Source: Malacoraja senta
Taxonomy: Eukaryota
Direction of reading: 5' to 3'
Assembly (NCBI GenBank): GCA_038087875.1
Contig: CM075992.1
Location: 12,650,001-12,714,000, forward strand
DNA: 64,000 bases
Shown here: positions 53,486 through 64,000 of the stretch, in pieces
Numbering within the stretch: the stretch's first letter is position 1
Layout of the letters: each line of letters starts with the position of its first letter
Translations under genes and position numbers: made by a program
The notes under the pieces: generated by a model
Database searches by the model: none
What the model was told of the DNA's origin: nothing
Seen by the model: the letters and a program-made list of their open reading frames with translations, nothing else

Positions 53486-53899
53486 CTCCAGCGTTTGGTG
53501 TGGCGTCCTCCCTCAGCCTCCTCACCGAAGACTCGCAGCCAAAGACTCGCACCTTTGTCACAGGGCACTTCCCTCGACAGGGCCGCACCCCTTTATCAAG
53601 TCTTGTTTATATCAGACGCTAAATTGCCTAATTGTCCAATTTACCAATCTTCCAATCTAATTGTTCAGCCAATCCCCACACTCACTCATAACCTTCCTTC
53701 CACTGATGAGCTAGGAAGTATGTGATTTGTCCGAACTGCACTCAAAGACGGCTAAAGTGCTGTTTGCCCGCTTTTTAAACCTGCACTCAAGACTCACCAA
53801 GTCAAGCCAACAGTCCTTCTCACTGCTGCTTTGTTCGACCTGCTTTCTCTGCATGACTTGTGATTGACATCAGTTTATTCAAACAAACCAGTCAGACAG

Positions 53900-54500
53900 G
53901 ACATTATAATAATAATAATAATAGATTTTATTTATATAGCACTTGTCAGGACTCAAAGTCACTTTACATTGAGACTCAAGAATAAACAAAACAAAATAGA
54001 GCAGTAAGACAGAGATGCAAAGGGGAGGGGAACATGGGAGTAAGGGTATGCAGAGGTGAAAAGATGGGTCTTGAGGCGGGACTGGAAGATGGTGAGGGAC
54101 TCAGAATTTCGGACCAGTTGTGGGAGGGAATTCCAGAGCCTGGGAGCTGCCCTGGAGAAGGCTCTGCCTCCAAAAGTGCAGAGGTTTGATTTCGGAGTGG
54201 AGAGGAGACCAGCTGATGTGGATCTGAGGGACCGTGAGGGTTGGTAGGAGGAGAGGAGGTCAGTGAGATAAGGGGGGGGCCAAGTTGTTGAGGGCTTTGT
54301 AGGTGAGGACCAGGATTTTGTAGGTGATCCGGTGGGAAATCGGAAGCCAGTGAAGTTCTTTGAGAACTGGGGTGATGTGGTGCCAGGATTTGGTGTGGGT
54401 AATGAGTCGAGCGGCTGCATTCTGGACCAGTTGGAGTCGGTTGATGCTGCTGGAATTGATTCCAAAGAGAAGAGAGTTACAGTAGTCCAGTCGGGAGGTT
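53900..54500 (-). mobile_element. L2-clade LINE 3' fragment
   Basis: SRLDYCNSLL..LQLVQNAAARL..HITPVLKELHWLP..KILVLTYKAL..GRAFSRAAPRLWNSLP..LKTHLF; (att)n tail. Confidence 0.9.
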
Positions 54501-54748
54501 TGTTTGTTATGGCAGGTTTGTTCCAAAATTCAATTTTCAACAGCCAGCATGGGTTTTTATGTTTGAAATGAATCTGAGATTTTCATGAAGTCACCACGAG
54601 GATTGATGGGGGTAGGGCAATGTTGTCTATATGGACTTTGGAAGGTCTTTGACAAAGTCCCACATGGTAGACTAGTCAGGAATCCAAGGTGAGCTGGCAA
54701 ATTGGATGTTGTTAGACAGATACTGTACATGGATAGGACAGATTTGGA

Positions 54749-55065
54749 ATCTGGCACAAAAAAGGAGAGTTGTCAGTGGGTCAGGCAGCATCTCTGGTGG
54801 AAAATGGACAGGTTCTGACCTTCATGTGGGCAGAAAGAATAGAAGGGAGATAGCCACTGCAAAGAGTGGGGGAGGGCTTGGGGCAAGTGTGGCAAGTGAT
54901 AGGTGGATACAGATGAGGAAGGGTTAACTAGCAGATGGAGTGAGGTGGGGAAGGGAAGGGTGGAGATAGAGACAGGGACCGGGAGGTGATGTGGAAACAA
55001 GGAAAGGCTGTGGATTCTGGAATTTGAGAGGAAAGCAAGGTGAAGAGTGAATCAAAATGGGAAGA
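54749..55065 (+). repeat. Second copy of 45105-45419, truncated by a CR1 tail
   Basis: Match ends at gggaaga, where (aaacatag)n begins. Confidence 0.95.
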
Positions 55066-56685
55066 AACATAGAAACATAGAAAATAGGTGCAGGAGGCCA
55101 TTCGGCCCTTTATGCCAGCACCACCATTCATTGAGATCATGGCTGATCATCCCCAATCAATAACCCGTACCTGCCTTCTCCCCATATCCCTTGATTCCAC
55201 TAGCCCCTAGAGCTCTATCTAACTCTCTCTTAAATCCATCCAGTGATTTTCCACCACTGCCCTCTGTGACAGGGAATTCCACAAATTCACAACTCGCTGG
55301 GTGAAAATGTTTTTTCTCACCTCAGTCTTAAATGGCCTCCCCATTATTCTAAGACTGTGGTCCCTGTTTCTGGACTCGCCGAACATTGGGAACATTTTTC
55401 CTGCATCTAGCTCGTCCAGTCCTTTTATAATTTTATATCTTTCTATAAGAACCCCCCTTATCCTTCTAAACTCCAGTGAATACAAGCCTAGTCTTTTCAA
55501 TCTTTCCTCATATGACAGTCCCCCAATCCCGGGGATCAATCTCGTGAACCTACGCTGCACTGCCTCGATCATAAGAATGTCCTTCCTCAAATTAGGAGAC
55601 CAAAACTGTACACAATACTCCAGATGTGGTCTTACCAGAGCCCGATAGAACAGAAGATCCTCTTTACTCCTATACTGAAATCCTCTTGTTATGAAGGCCA
55701 ACATTCCATTAGCTTTCTTCACTGCCTGCTGTACCTGTAAGCCAACTTTCAGTGACCGGTTTACAAGGACACCTAGGTTTCACTGTACCTCCCCCTTACC
55801 TAACCTAACCCCATTGAGATAATAATCTACCCCCTTGTTTTTTGCCGCCAAAGTGGATAACCTCACATTTATCTATATTATACTGCATCTGCCACACATC
55901 TGCCCACTCACTCAACCTGTCCAGGTCACCCTGCAACCTCCTAACATCCTCTTCACAGTTCACACTGCCACACAGCTTTGTGTCATCTGCAAACTTGCTA
56001 GTGTTGCTCCTAATTCCCTCTTCCAAATCATTAATATATATGGTAAACAGTTGGGGCCCCAACACCGAGCCTTGCGGCACTCCACTCGCCACTGCCTGAC
56101 ATTCTGAAAAGGACCCGTTCACTCCTACACTTTGCTTCCGGTCTGCCAACCAATTTTCTATCCATGTCAACACCCTACCCCCAACACCATGTGCTCTAAT
56201 TTTAGTCACCAGTCTCCCGTGCGGGACTTTATCAAAGGCTTTCTGAAAGTCTAGATACACTACATCCACTGGCACCCCTTCATCCATTTTACTTGTCACA
56301 TCCTCAAAAAATTCCAGAAGATTAGTCAAGCATGATTTCCCTTCAATAAATCCATGCTGACTCGGACTGATCCTGTTACTGTTATCCTAATGTGCCGCTA
56401 TTTCATCTTTTATAATTGACTCCAGCATCTTCCAAAACACCGATGTCAGGCTGACTGGTCTATAATAGTAAGATTAAATGAGAACTTACCAGTTTGAAGT
56501 TCGATCTTTATTTTATGATGAGTTACGATGAGGGACTACGTGAAGAAGAGCCCGTCCAGCCGCACACGCGTCAATCTTCAAAGCAGCGGTGTGAAATCAC
56601 AGACAACAATTACTGATGTATGACAGTAAGAGACATAAAGACTAGAGCTACCAGCTCGATCTTTAGGGGGGTGGGAGCGGAGGGT

Positions 56686-56797
56686 ACGTAGTCCCTCATC
56701 GTAACTCCTCATAAAATAAAGATCAAACTTCAAACTGGTAAGTTCTCATTTAATCTTACTATTTTACTTCGGAGTCACGTGAGTGACTACGTGAAGA
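56686..56797. repeat. DIRS internal complementary region (ICR)
   Basis: First part is the reverse complement of 56464-56541 and second part the reverse complement of ~61381-61417, joined at actATTttacttc. Confidence 0.92.
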
Positions 56798-56951
56798 TTT
56801 CAAAGCTCTGTGATTTCACGCCGTAGATTCAAATCCAGGCGTCTCACTGCATTGATTGACTCTAAATGAGTAAAGCAATCAACAATGCAAACCGCAACAT
56901 AGATGTAATCAGTTAATGGTTTTAGTTATCACAACAATAGTAACCCCTTTA

Positions 56952-57951
56952 TCATAATGGGGGACTTAATACTGAATCCAAAACAGCACCACCAAATAAC
57001 CTAGGATTTTTAATCGCCTTATGGTAATACTTGTGAAACATCCGTTCACTTGCCCATCCTGCGGCCGCGAGGATAAGGTCTATTGGAACGTCCAAATCCT
57101 TGGCCGCTGATGTTGATGCCGCCCTGGTGGAATGAGATTTAAATTTGTCATTATCAATACCTGCATCGACCAACACCTTCTTCAGCCATCTTGAAATAGT
57201 CTGTACCGACACTTTCATACACTTATAGCTGACAAAAAATGTTGATTCTGCACCTCTTAAGGTTCTGGTTGCTTCAATGTAACATCGTAAATGTGGTACT
57301 ACACATAGACGTGGATCCGTAGGATATGCTGAAAAAAACAACTTACGGTCTGTGAACCTAGGTCTGCTCTGTTTAAGCAAATCATAGACATAGAATGTAA
57401 TGCCATCTGCTGCTATTTTCATCCTGTCTATTCGTAATTTCTGCAATGTTTGCACTCTCTGTGCTGAAACCAGTGCCATGAGCATAACTAACTTCATGGT
57501 AATTTTAGCCAATGACAGAGCTTCAATAGGCGTCCATTGGCGAAGGAGCATAAGCACATCACTTACATTCCAGATTTCTATATACCTGGGTCTAGGAGGA
57601 TTGGAATTAAAAATTCCCTTCATAAACCCAAGGTTGTGATCCTATAGGATTTTGTTCTGATTCCCTGCATAGATATGCAGAAAGAGCACTCCTTGCAGTA
57701 TTGATCGCACTATAGCTCAAATGCAAATCAAAATAAAGAGTTGACAGAAACTCTAACACATCTGAAATGTCTGCAGTGTGATATGTAATATTCTTTTGTG
57801 AACAAAACACCTCCCATTTCCTTATATAAGAAATGTACTGCTTATGGGTACTATTCCTCCAGGCTGCCGCCATAACACCCACAGTACGCTCTGATAATCC
57901 TCTTCCGAGATATGGCCTTCTTAGAATCTGCAAATCAATAAACGAATACAA
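56952..57951 (-). pseudogene. DIRS tyrosine recombinase (frameshift near 57628)
   Basis: SAINTARSALS, SAQRVQTL (R), FKSHSTRAAS (HxxR), AAGW, FHKYY (Y). 8-bp deletion relative to the second DIRS copy. Confidence 0.92.
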
Positions 57952-59830
57952 TCATGTAAAGGATGTGATTCACCAGTTACAGGGTGCACAAGCAGGTTTT
58001 CCTGCTTAGGAATAATCATAAGGGGCCTTGTGATCATTTTTAACAGCAGAGGGTACCAAGGCTGTGTAGGCCAATCTGGTACCACTAAAACCCCTGAAGC
58101 CGAATCCTGTTTAATTTTCTGTATACACCGATTAATGAGGCAAAATGGAGGAAATGCATACAGAAACATACTACCCCAATGTAGCGAGAAAGCATCCAGG
58201 ATCAGGATCCCATGACACATACTTTGGCAGTTGGTGGTTAAGTCTTGATGCAAACAAGTCAATCTCTGGCACCCCAAACCGTGCAACAATTTTATTAAAT
58301 TTTCCACGATCCAACATCCACTCTGTATTGTCATTGAATTTACGTGACCTTGTCTCTGCAATTATGTTGAGTCTACCTGGTAGGTAGATTGCCGAAAGCC
58401 AAACGTTTCTGGTAATACACCAGGTCCAGATCACGTTTGCCAATCTATCACAAGATTCTGACTTGATACCACCCATATGATTAGCATACGCTACAGCTGT
58501 AGTATTGTCAATCTGTACCTGAACATGCAAATTTTCCATATTAGAACAATAAGCTTTAAGCCCATAAAATGTTCCTAAAAGCTCTAGGTAATTGATACCT
58601 TGTTCTTGGAGCAAAGGTAATTCCTCCACATTCCATCTACCTCCACAGCTGGAAACAGTATTAGTAGCGCTCCAACCTAGAGCACTTACATCAGTCTGTA
58701 GAATAATGGAAGGTGTTTCAACCAGAATTTGTCTGGAAACATTAGAGACACAGTTAATCCACCATTCTAATTCCATAATAGCCACAATTGGCAATTGCAT
58801 GGGCCTGTCAAAATGCCCTGCATTTATCCTTAATGCGTGTATCTTTGCTCGCTGTAAATGCTGATAATGCAATGGTCCAAACTGTACAGCTGGAAAAGAA
58901 GCAATTAGTTTGCCTAGCAAGCTTGCTTCCTGCCTAATTGAGGGTTGGTGCTCTGTAATAAGCTTAATACAACCTTCAATTAACTGCAGCCTTTTATCTT
59001 TAGGCAAAGTGACTACCATGTGTTTTGTGTTAATGGTAAAACCCAAGTAATCAATTTCTGTGCTTGGTAATAGTTTGGATTTATGTGGGTGAATAATGAA
59101 TCCCAGCCTCTCAAAAATTAGCTTAATTCTTGAAACTGATGCTTCTGTTGTAGCCAAAGTGTCTCCCACAATCAGAATATCATCCAAATAGGCCATTAGC
59201 ACATGGCCCAGAGCTCTTAGTAGTGCTAAAATTGTTTTTTATTATTTTTTGTAAATAGTCTTGGAGCTGAAGTTAAACCATTAGGCAATGCTTTAAATTG
59301 CCATAATTGACTCATCCATCTAAATTTTAAGTATCTCCAATCATTACCATGCACAGCCACAGAATAATATGCATATGGCAGATCTATGCTAGCCATATAG
59401 CATTCTCTTGAAACAAGTTGAATAGCATTTGTAAATGTCTCTATTTTAAAATGTTTATACTGTACAAAAGGGTTAAGACTTGTCAGATCTAGAATAATTC
59501 TACACCCACCATCCTTTTTAAGTCTAGGAAAAATACTTGACACAAATTGATGGTGTTGATCAACTGACTTCTCTATTACACCTTTTTTGCACAATATTTG
59601 CAGTTCTGCCTGAATCTGCGTATTCTCTTCTTTCGAGAAAATACGTGTCCGGCATGAAATATGCTGAGTAGGAGGATCCAAATGTGGATAGAATTCAATT
59701 CTAAATCCCACAATACTGCACAGTATAAACGCATCAGTTGTTATTTGTTGCCATTCTTTTAGGAAGAATTGTAATCTTCCTCCAACTTGTGAGTGTGAAA
59801 CATTTAATATGTCTCTTACCGGACCAGACC
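57921..59830 (-). pseudogene. DIRS pol: RT, RNase H and Dam-like methyltransferase; frameshifted
   Basis: VGGRLQFF..W, KKDGGCRIILDL, IDL..AYY, LPNGLTSAPRLFTK, YLDDILI, QTDVS..GW, INYLEL, IDNTTAVAY, IDLFAS..N, YAFPPF, VVPDWPTQPWY. Confidence 0.93.
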
Positions 59831-59899
59831 TACCTACCTCGGGGTTTGCCAATGGCAAATGATGTCCCCTACTCTTAGTGGGGATACTGTAACCTCCAC

Positions 59900-61202
59900 A
59901 CATCCCAGGAGCAGTGCGCCAATATCGCGTATATGGGAAAGATCGACTTGTTCTTTCTCCAGCCCCAGACATCCGTCGGTAGGGATACTGCCTTCGAATT
60001 GATCTGCTAAGCACCGGTGGTTTCATCATTCCCACGGTTTTTGCTTCTTCATTCAGGTCTTTTACCCTTTTGGCTAGATTCTCTCCAAAAAGCAGATTAG
60101 GCAATTGAATATTAGATGGTTTACAGAGCCCCGCAAACTTAGGGTGAATATTAGGTCTTATGGCACTTTTACGAATACAGTTTATTTCAAAGTGCGCACC
60201 ACGCATGAGTGCTAAGGCATCCTGTTGTGAAGCAGACACATGCTCCTCATCCAAACCTCTGGCGAAAGCCGTAATGCCTGACCCCAGTAATTTCAACACT
60301 CGTAATTTCAATTCTTGTGATCGTACACCAATGCCCAACTAGCCCCATATCACGTTATTCACCGCTGGGACTGCTAGCAGAGCACAATTCTGCGGGGTTT
60401 CTTATTTTTTGACAGTCCCATCCATGGTTAATTCCTGGAGCTGATGGGAGAGCAAGTAATTTATAGTCATTGCTAATTCATCTCCCAAAGGTTCCCCTGT
60501 TAGTCTGGGAACAGCAAACTTTTGTGCCAGACCTGGTATTTTAGGCTCTGTTATTGGGCTCTGTTCCTCATATGATTCATCATCTGAATCTTGATGTTCC
60601 TCCTCATGATGGGGAAGTTCTGGCATCCCTGTTTCATGTAATTCTAGCACTGGCTCTTCCATAGGCCTTCGCATAGTAAATTCTTTACCAGATTCTCCCC
60701 GCGCGGGCTCTCCTGTAGGCCCACGCATAGGCAGCCCTATTTCAGGTGCTGCTGGCGCTGGCTCCCCTATAGGCCAACGCTTATACTGTCTTTTTTCAGA
60801 CATCTCTGGCAATGTCTCTCCTGTGGGCCAACGCTGTGCCCGACCCATCCAAGGCACTCCCTGTGCTGGCTCTCCCTTAGGCCAACGCGGACTGTATTCC
60901 TCCTGATGTGGTTCTTGATATATCATTTTCCCCATGAGGAATTCTAGACTAGCGACCCTAGCAGCCATAACTTCTGACTGAGGAGGGTTAACCTCCGGGT
61001 CTGACTCCTCAGAGTCTACTGGTCGCACTGACTTTTGCCCAGCCTTGCGCCCCAATGGCGCTGTAACGGTACTTTCTACCGCATCTGGAGTTGATGGCCT
61101 CGCTGCCACCGACTCCTCTAACGGACGCCCGCTACCCTCAGACCCACGGTCTTCTTGAGGTTTACCTGCAGTACGTCTCCTCCCTCTACGCCCTCTCTCC
61201 AT
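59900..61202 (-). pseudogene. DIRS gag-like ORF1, disrupted
   Basis: Position upstream of pol; DALAL..AHFEIN.IRK..IRP..KFAGLC..LLFGENL resembles DIRS gag. Confidence 0.75.
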
Positions 61203-62512
61203 ACTAACTTGTGTGGAACTCCACTACAAGTCTAACGAGGAAGGCGACCTGAAACCGAAAGTGAAAGCACTTACCTTCAGGCTTTTACTTACTCACTGCT
61301 TGGAGGAGCTTTGCTCCTCCACACACGGCCGCAGCGCTATGCATCTGATGATATGACGCGTGTATGGCTGGATGGGCTCTTCTTCACGTAGTCACTCACG
61401 TGACTCCGAAATAAAATTCCCTGTTTTTTCTCTCCTGCCTTTCTTAAAAGTGGGATAACTTTAGCTACCCTCCAATCCACAGGAACTGATTCTGAATTTA
61501 TAGAACATTGGAAAATGATCACCAATGCGTCCATGATTTCTAGAGCCACTTCCTGAAGTACCCTGGGATGCAGATCATCAGGCCCTGGGGATTTATCAGC
61601 TTTCAGTCCCATCAGTCTACCCAATACTATTTCCTGCCTAATGTGGATTTCCTTCAGTTCCTCTGCCACCCTGGATCCTCTGGCCACTAGTACATCAGGA
61701 AGATTGTTTGTGTCCTCCTTAGTGAAGACGGATCCAAAGTATCTGTTCAACTGATCTGCCATTTCCTTGTTCCCCGTAATAAATTCACCTTTTTCAGTCT
61801 TCAAGGGTCCAACTTTGGTCTTAGCTAATTTTTTCCTCTTACGTAAAGAAGCTCCTTTATATTCTTAGCTAGCTTACTTCGTACCTCATCTTTTCTCCCC
61901 GTATTGCCTTCTTTTGTTATTTAAACATTACTCAATCCTCTTGCTTCCCGGTCATCTTTGCTATGTTCTACTTATTCTCTTTTATTTTTATACTGTCCCT
62001 GACGTCCCTTGTCAGCCACGGTCACCCCTTACTCCCCTTGGAATCTTTCTTCCTCTTTGAATGAACGGATCCTGCACCTTCTGTATTATTCCCAGAAATA
62101 CCTTCCATTATTTTCCACTGTCATCCCTGCTAGGGTATCTTTCCAGTCAACTTTGGCCAGATCCTCTCTCATGGCTCCATAGTCCCCTTTATTCAATTGT
62201 AACACTGACACCTCCAATCTACCCTTCTCCCTTTCCAATTGTAGATTAAACTAGACCATATTATGGTCACTACCTCCTAATGGCTCCTTAACCTCAAGTT
62301 CCTTTATCAAATCCGGTTCATTACATAACACTAAATCCAGAATTGCATTCTCCCTGGTAGGATCCAATACAAGCTACTGTAAGAATCCATCACAGAGACA
62401 CTCCACATACACCCTTTCTTGGGGTCCAGTTGCAACCTGATTTTCCCAGTCTACCTGCATGTTGAAATCTCCCATAACATCTGTAGCATTACCTTTACGA
62501 CATGCCAATTTT

Positions 62513-64000
62513 AATAGTAAGATTAAATGAGAACTTATCAGTTTGAAGTTTGATCTTTATTTTATGAGGAGTAACGTCGAGGGATTACGTGAAGAAGACC
62601 CCGTCCAGCCGCACACGCGTCAATCTTCAAAGCATTGGAGTGAAAATCACAGACGATAATTATTGAAGTATGATAATAAAATGCATAAAAACTAGAAGTT
62701 CCAGCTCGATCCTTTTATGAGGGTGGGAGCGGAGGGCACGTAATCCCTCAACATTACTCCTCATAAAATAAAGATAAAACTTCAAACTGGTAAGTTCTCG
62801 TTTAATCTTACTATTTTACTTCGGAGTCACGTGAGTGACTACGTGAAGATTTCAAAGCTCTGTGATTTCACACCGTGGATTAAAATCCAGGTGCTCTCTG
62901 CACTGATTGACTCTATTGAGTAAGCACAATCAACAATGCATAACCACAACATTAAATGTAATCAGTTAATGGTTTTATTTATTTTAACAAAAGTAACAAA
63001 AGTAACCCATTTATCATAATGGGGGATTTAATACTGAATCCAGCACGGCATCACCAAACACCCCGGGATCTTTAATCTCCTTATGGTAATACTTGTGAAA
63101 CATCTGTTCACTTGCCCATCCTGCGGCCGCGAGGATAAGGTCTATTGGAACGTCTGAATCCCTGGCCGCCGATGTTGATGCCGCCCTGGTGGAATGAGAT
63201 TTAAATTTATCAGTATCAATACCTGAATAAATCAACACCTGTTTCAACCATCTTGAAATTGTCTGTGTTGACACTTTCTTATGAGGACTTCTATGACTAA
63301 TAAAAAATGCTAATTCTGTGCCTCTTAAGATTCTGGTTGTTTCCATGTAACATCTTACATATGTTACTACACATAGCTGTGGATCCGTAGGATATGCTGA
63401 AAACTCCAACTTACATCCCGTGAACCCAGGTCCACTTTGTTTCAGTAAATCATAGACATAGAATGTAACGGCCTCTGCCCCTACTTTCATTCTGTCAATT
63501 CTTAATTTCTGTAATGTTTGAACTCTCTGGGCTGAAACTAATGCCATCAGCATAACAAATTTCATGGTGATTTTGGCTAATGACAGAGTTTCAATAGGAT
63601 TCCAGTCCCTCAGCAGCATCAGTACATCTTTTACATTCCAGATTTCTGGATACCTAGGTCGAGGAGGATTGGAGTTGAAAATTCCCTTCATAAACCTACA
63701 GACTCAAGGATGTGATCCTATTGGATTTTGTTCTGATTCACTGCTTAAATATGCAGAGAGTGCACTTTGTGCAGTATTGATTGCACTATAACTTAATTTT
63801 AATTTGTAGTAAAGAGTTGAAAGAAACTCTAATACATCTGAAATTTCTGCTGTGTTATATGCAATATTCTTCCTGAACAAAACACCTCCCATTTCTTTAT
63901 ATAAGAAATGTACTGTTTCTGGGTACTATTCCTCCAGTCCGCTTTCATAACATCCACCGTACGGTCTGATAATCCTCTTCCAAGATATGGCCTTTTCAGA
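62513..64000 (-). mobile_element. Second DIRS1-like element (3' terminal repeat, ICR, tyrosine recombinase); cut by window end
   Basis: Same terminus AATAGTAAGATTAAATGAGAAC; ICR at ~62737-62848; YR ORF 63014-63691 with an upstream stop and frameshift; clearly diverged from copy 1. Confidence 0.93.

Larger units (their letters stand above)
48987..53750 (-). mobile_element. Near full-length CR1 LINE, subfamily B (5' UTR, ORF1, ORF2)
   Basis: (aaacatag)n tail at the left end; RT 49287-50938; APE 51360-52357 (YLNARS, ITETWL, YRPP, GDFN, SDHN); ORF1 upstream. 5' boundary approximate. Confidence 0.93.
56464..61417 (-). mobile_element. Complete DIRS1-like tyrosine-recombinase retrotransposon (~4.95 kb), decayed ORFs
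   Basis: gag, RT/RNase H/methyltransferase and YR domains in order; inverted terminal repeats (56534-56573 vs ~61354-61393); internal complementary region; AAT at both junctions. Confidence 0.95.
55066..62512 (-). mobile_element. CR1 LINE hosting two DIRS insertions (CR1 parts 55066-56463 and 61418-62512)
   Basis: RT ORFs 55219-56329; ggtctat|AAT|tccctg is rejoined across the first DIRS; APE remnant to 62512. Confidence 0.93.

Noticed and set aside
56952..58361. Phage integrase and Dam methylase indicating a prophage or bacterial contamination
   Set aside because: Both domains are standard DIRS components, enclosed by ITR/ICR and inserted in a vertebrate CR1.

Overview
Repeat-saturated vertebrate genomic DNA. 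The repeat complement (tRNA-headed V-SINE/HE1-like SINEs, CR1/HER1-like LINEs, abundant Penelope-like fragments) suggests a cartilaginous fish, probably a skate or ray; this is an inference. Three short + strand exons (6622-6652, 37597-37683, 45914-46066) splice in phase into [75 protein letters not shown]..., a putative signal peptide plus a calcium-binding EGF domain, most like the 5' end of an EGF-TM7 adhesion GPCR (ADGRE/CD97/EMR-like). Most of the remainder is nested transposable elements: a full-length but decayed L1, several CR1 LINEs (one near full length with an esterase ORF1), Penelope-like elements carrying hammerhead-ribozyme-like cores, L2 and Rex1-like fragments, and SINEs. There are also two DIRS-type tyrosine-recombinase retrotransposons, one complete with ITRs and ICR, in the same CR1 host. 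Just upstream of the start codon, an inverted pair of ~1 kb DNA transposons with 7-bp TSDs forms a 3.1 kb quasi-palindrome that contains an apparently recent, perfectly templated 411-bp inverted duplication. Boundaries of decayed repeats are approximate unless a TSD is given, and all alignments were done by eye.
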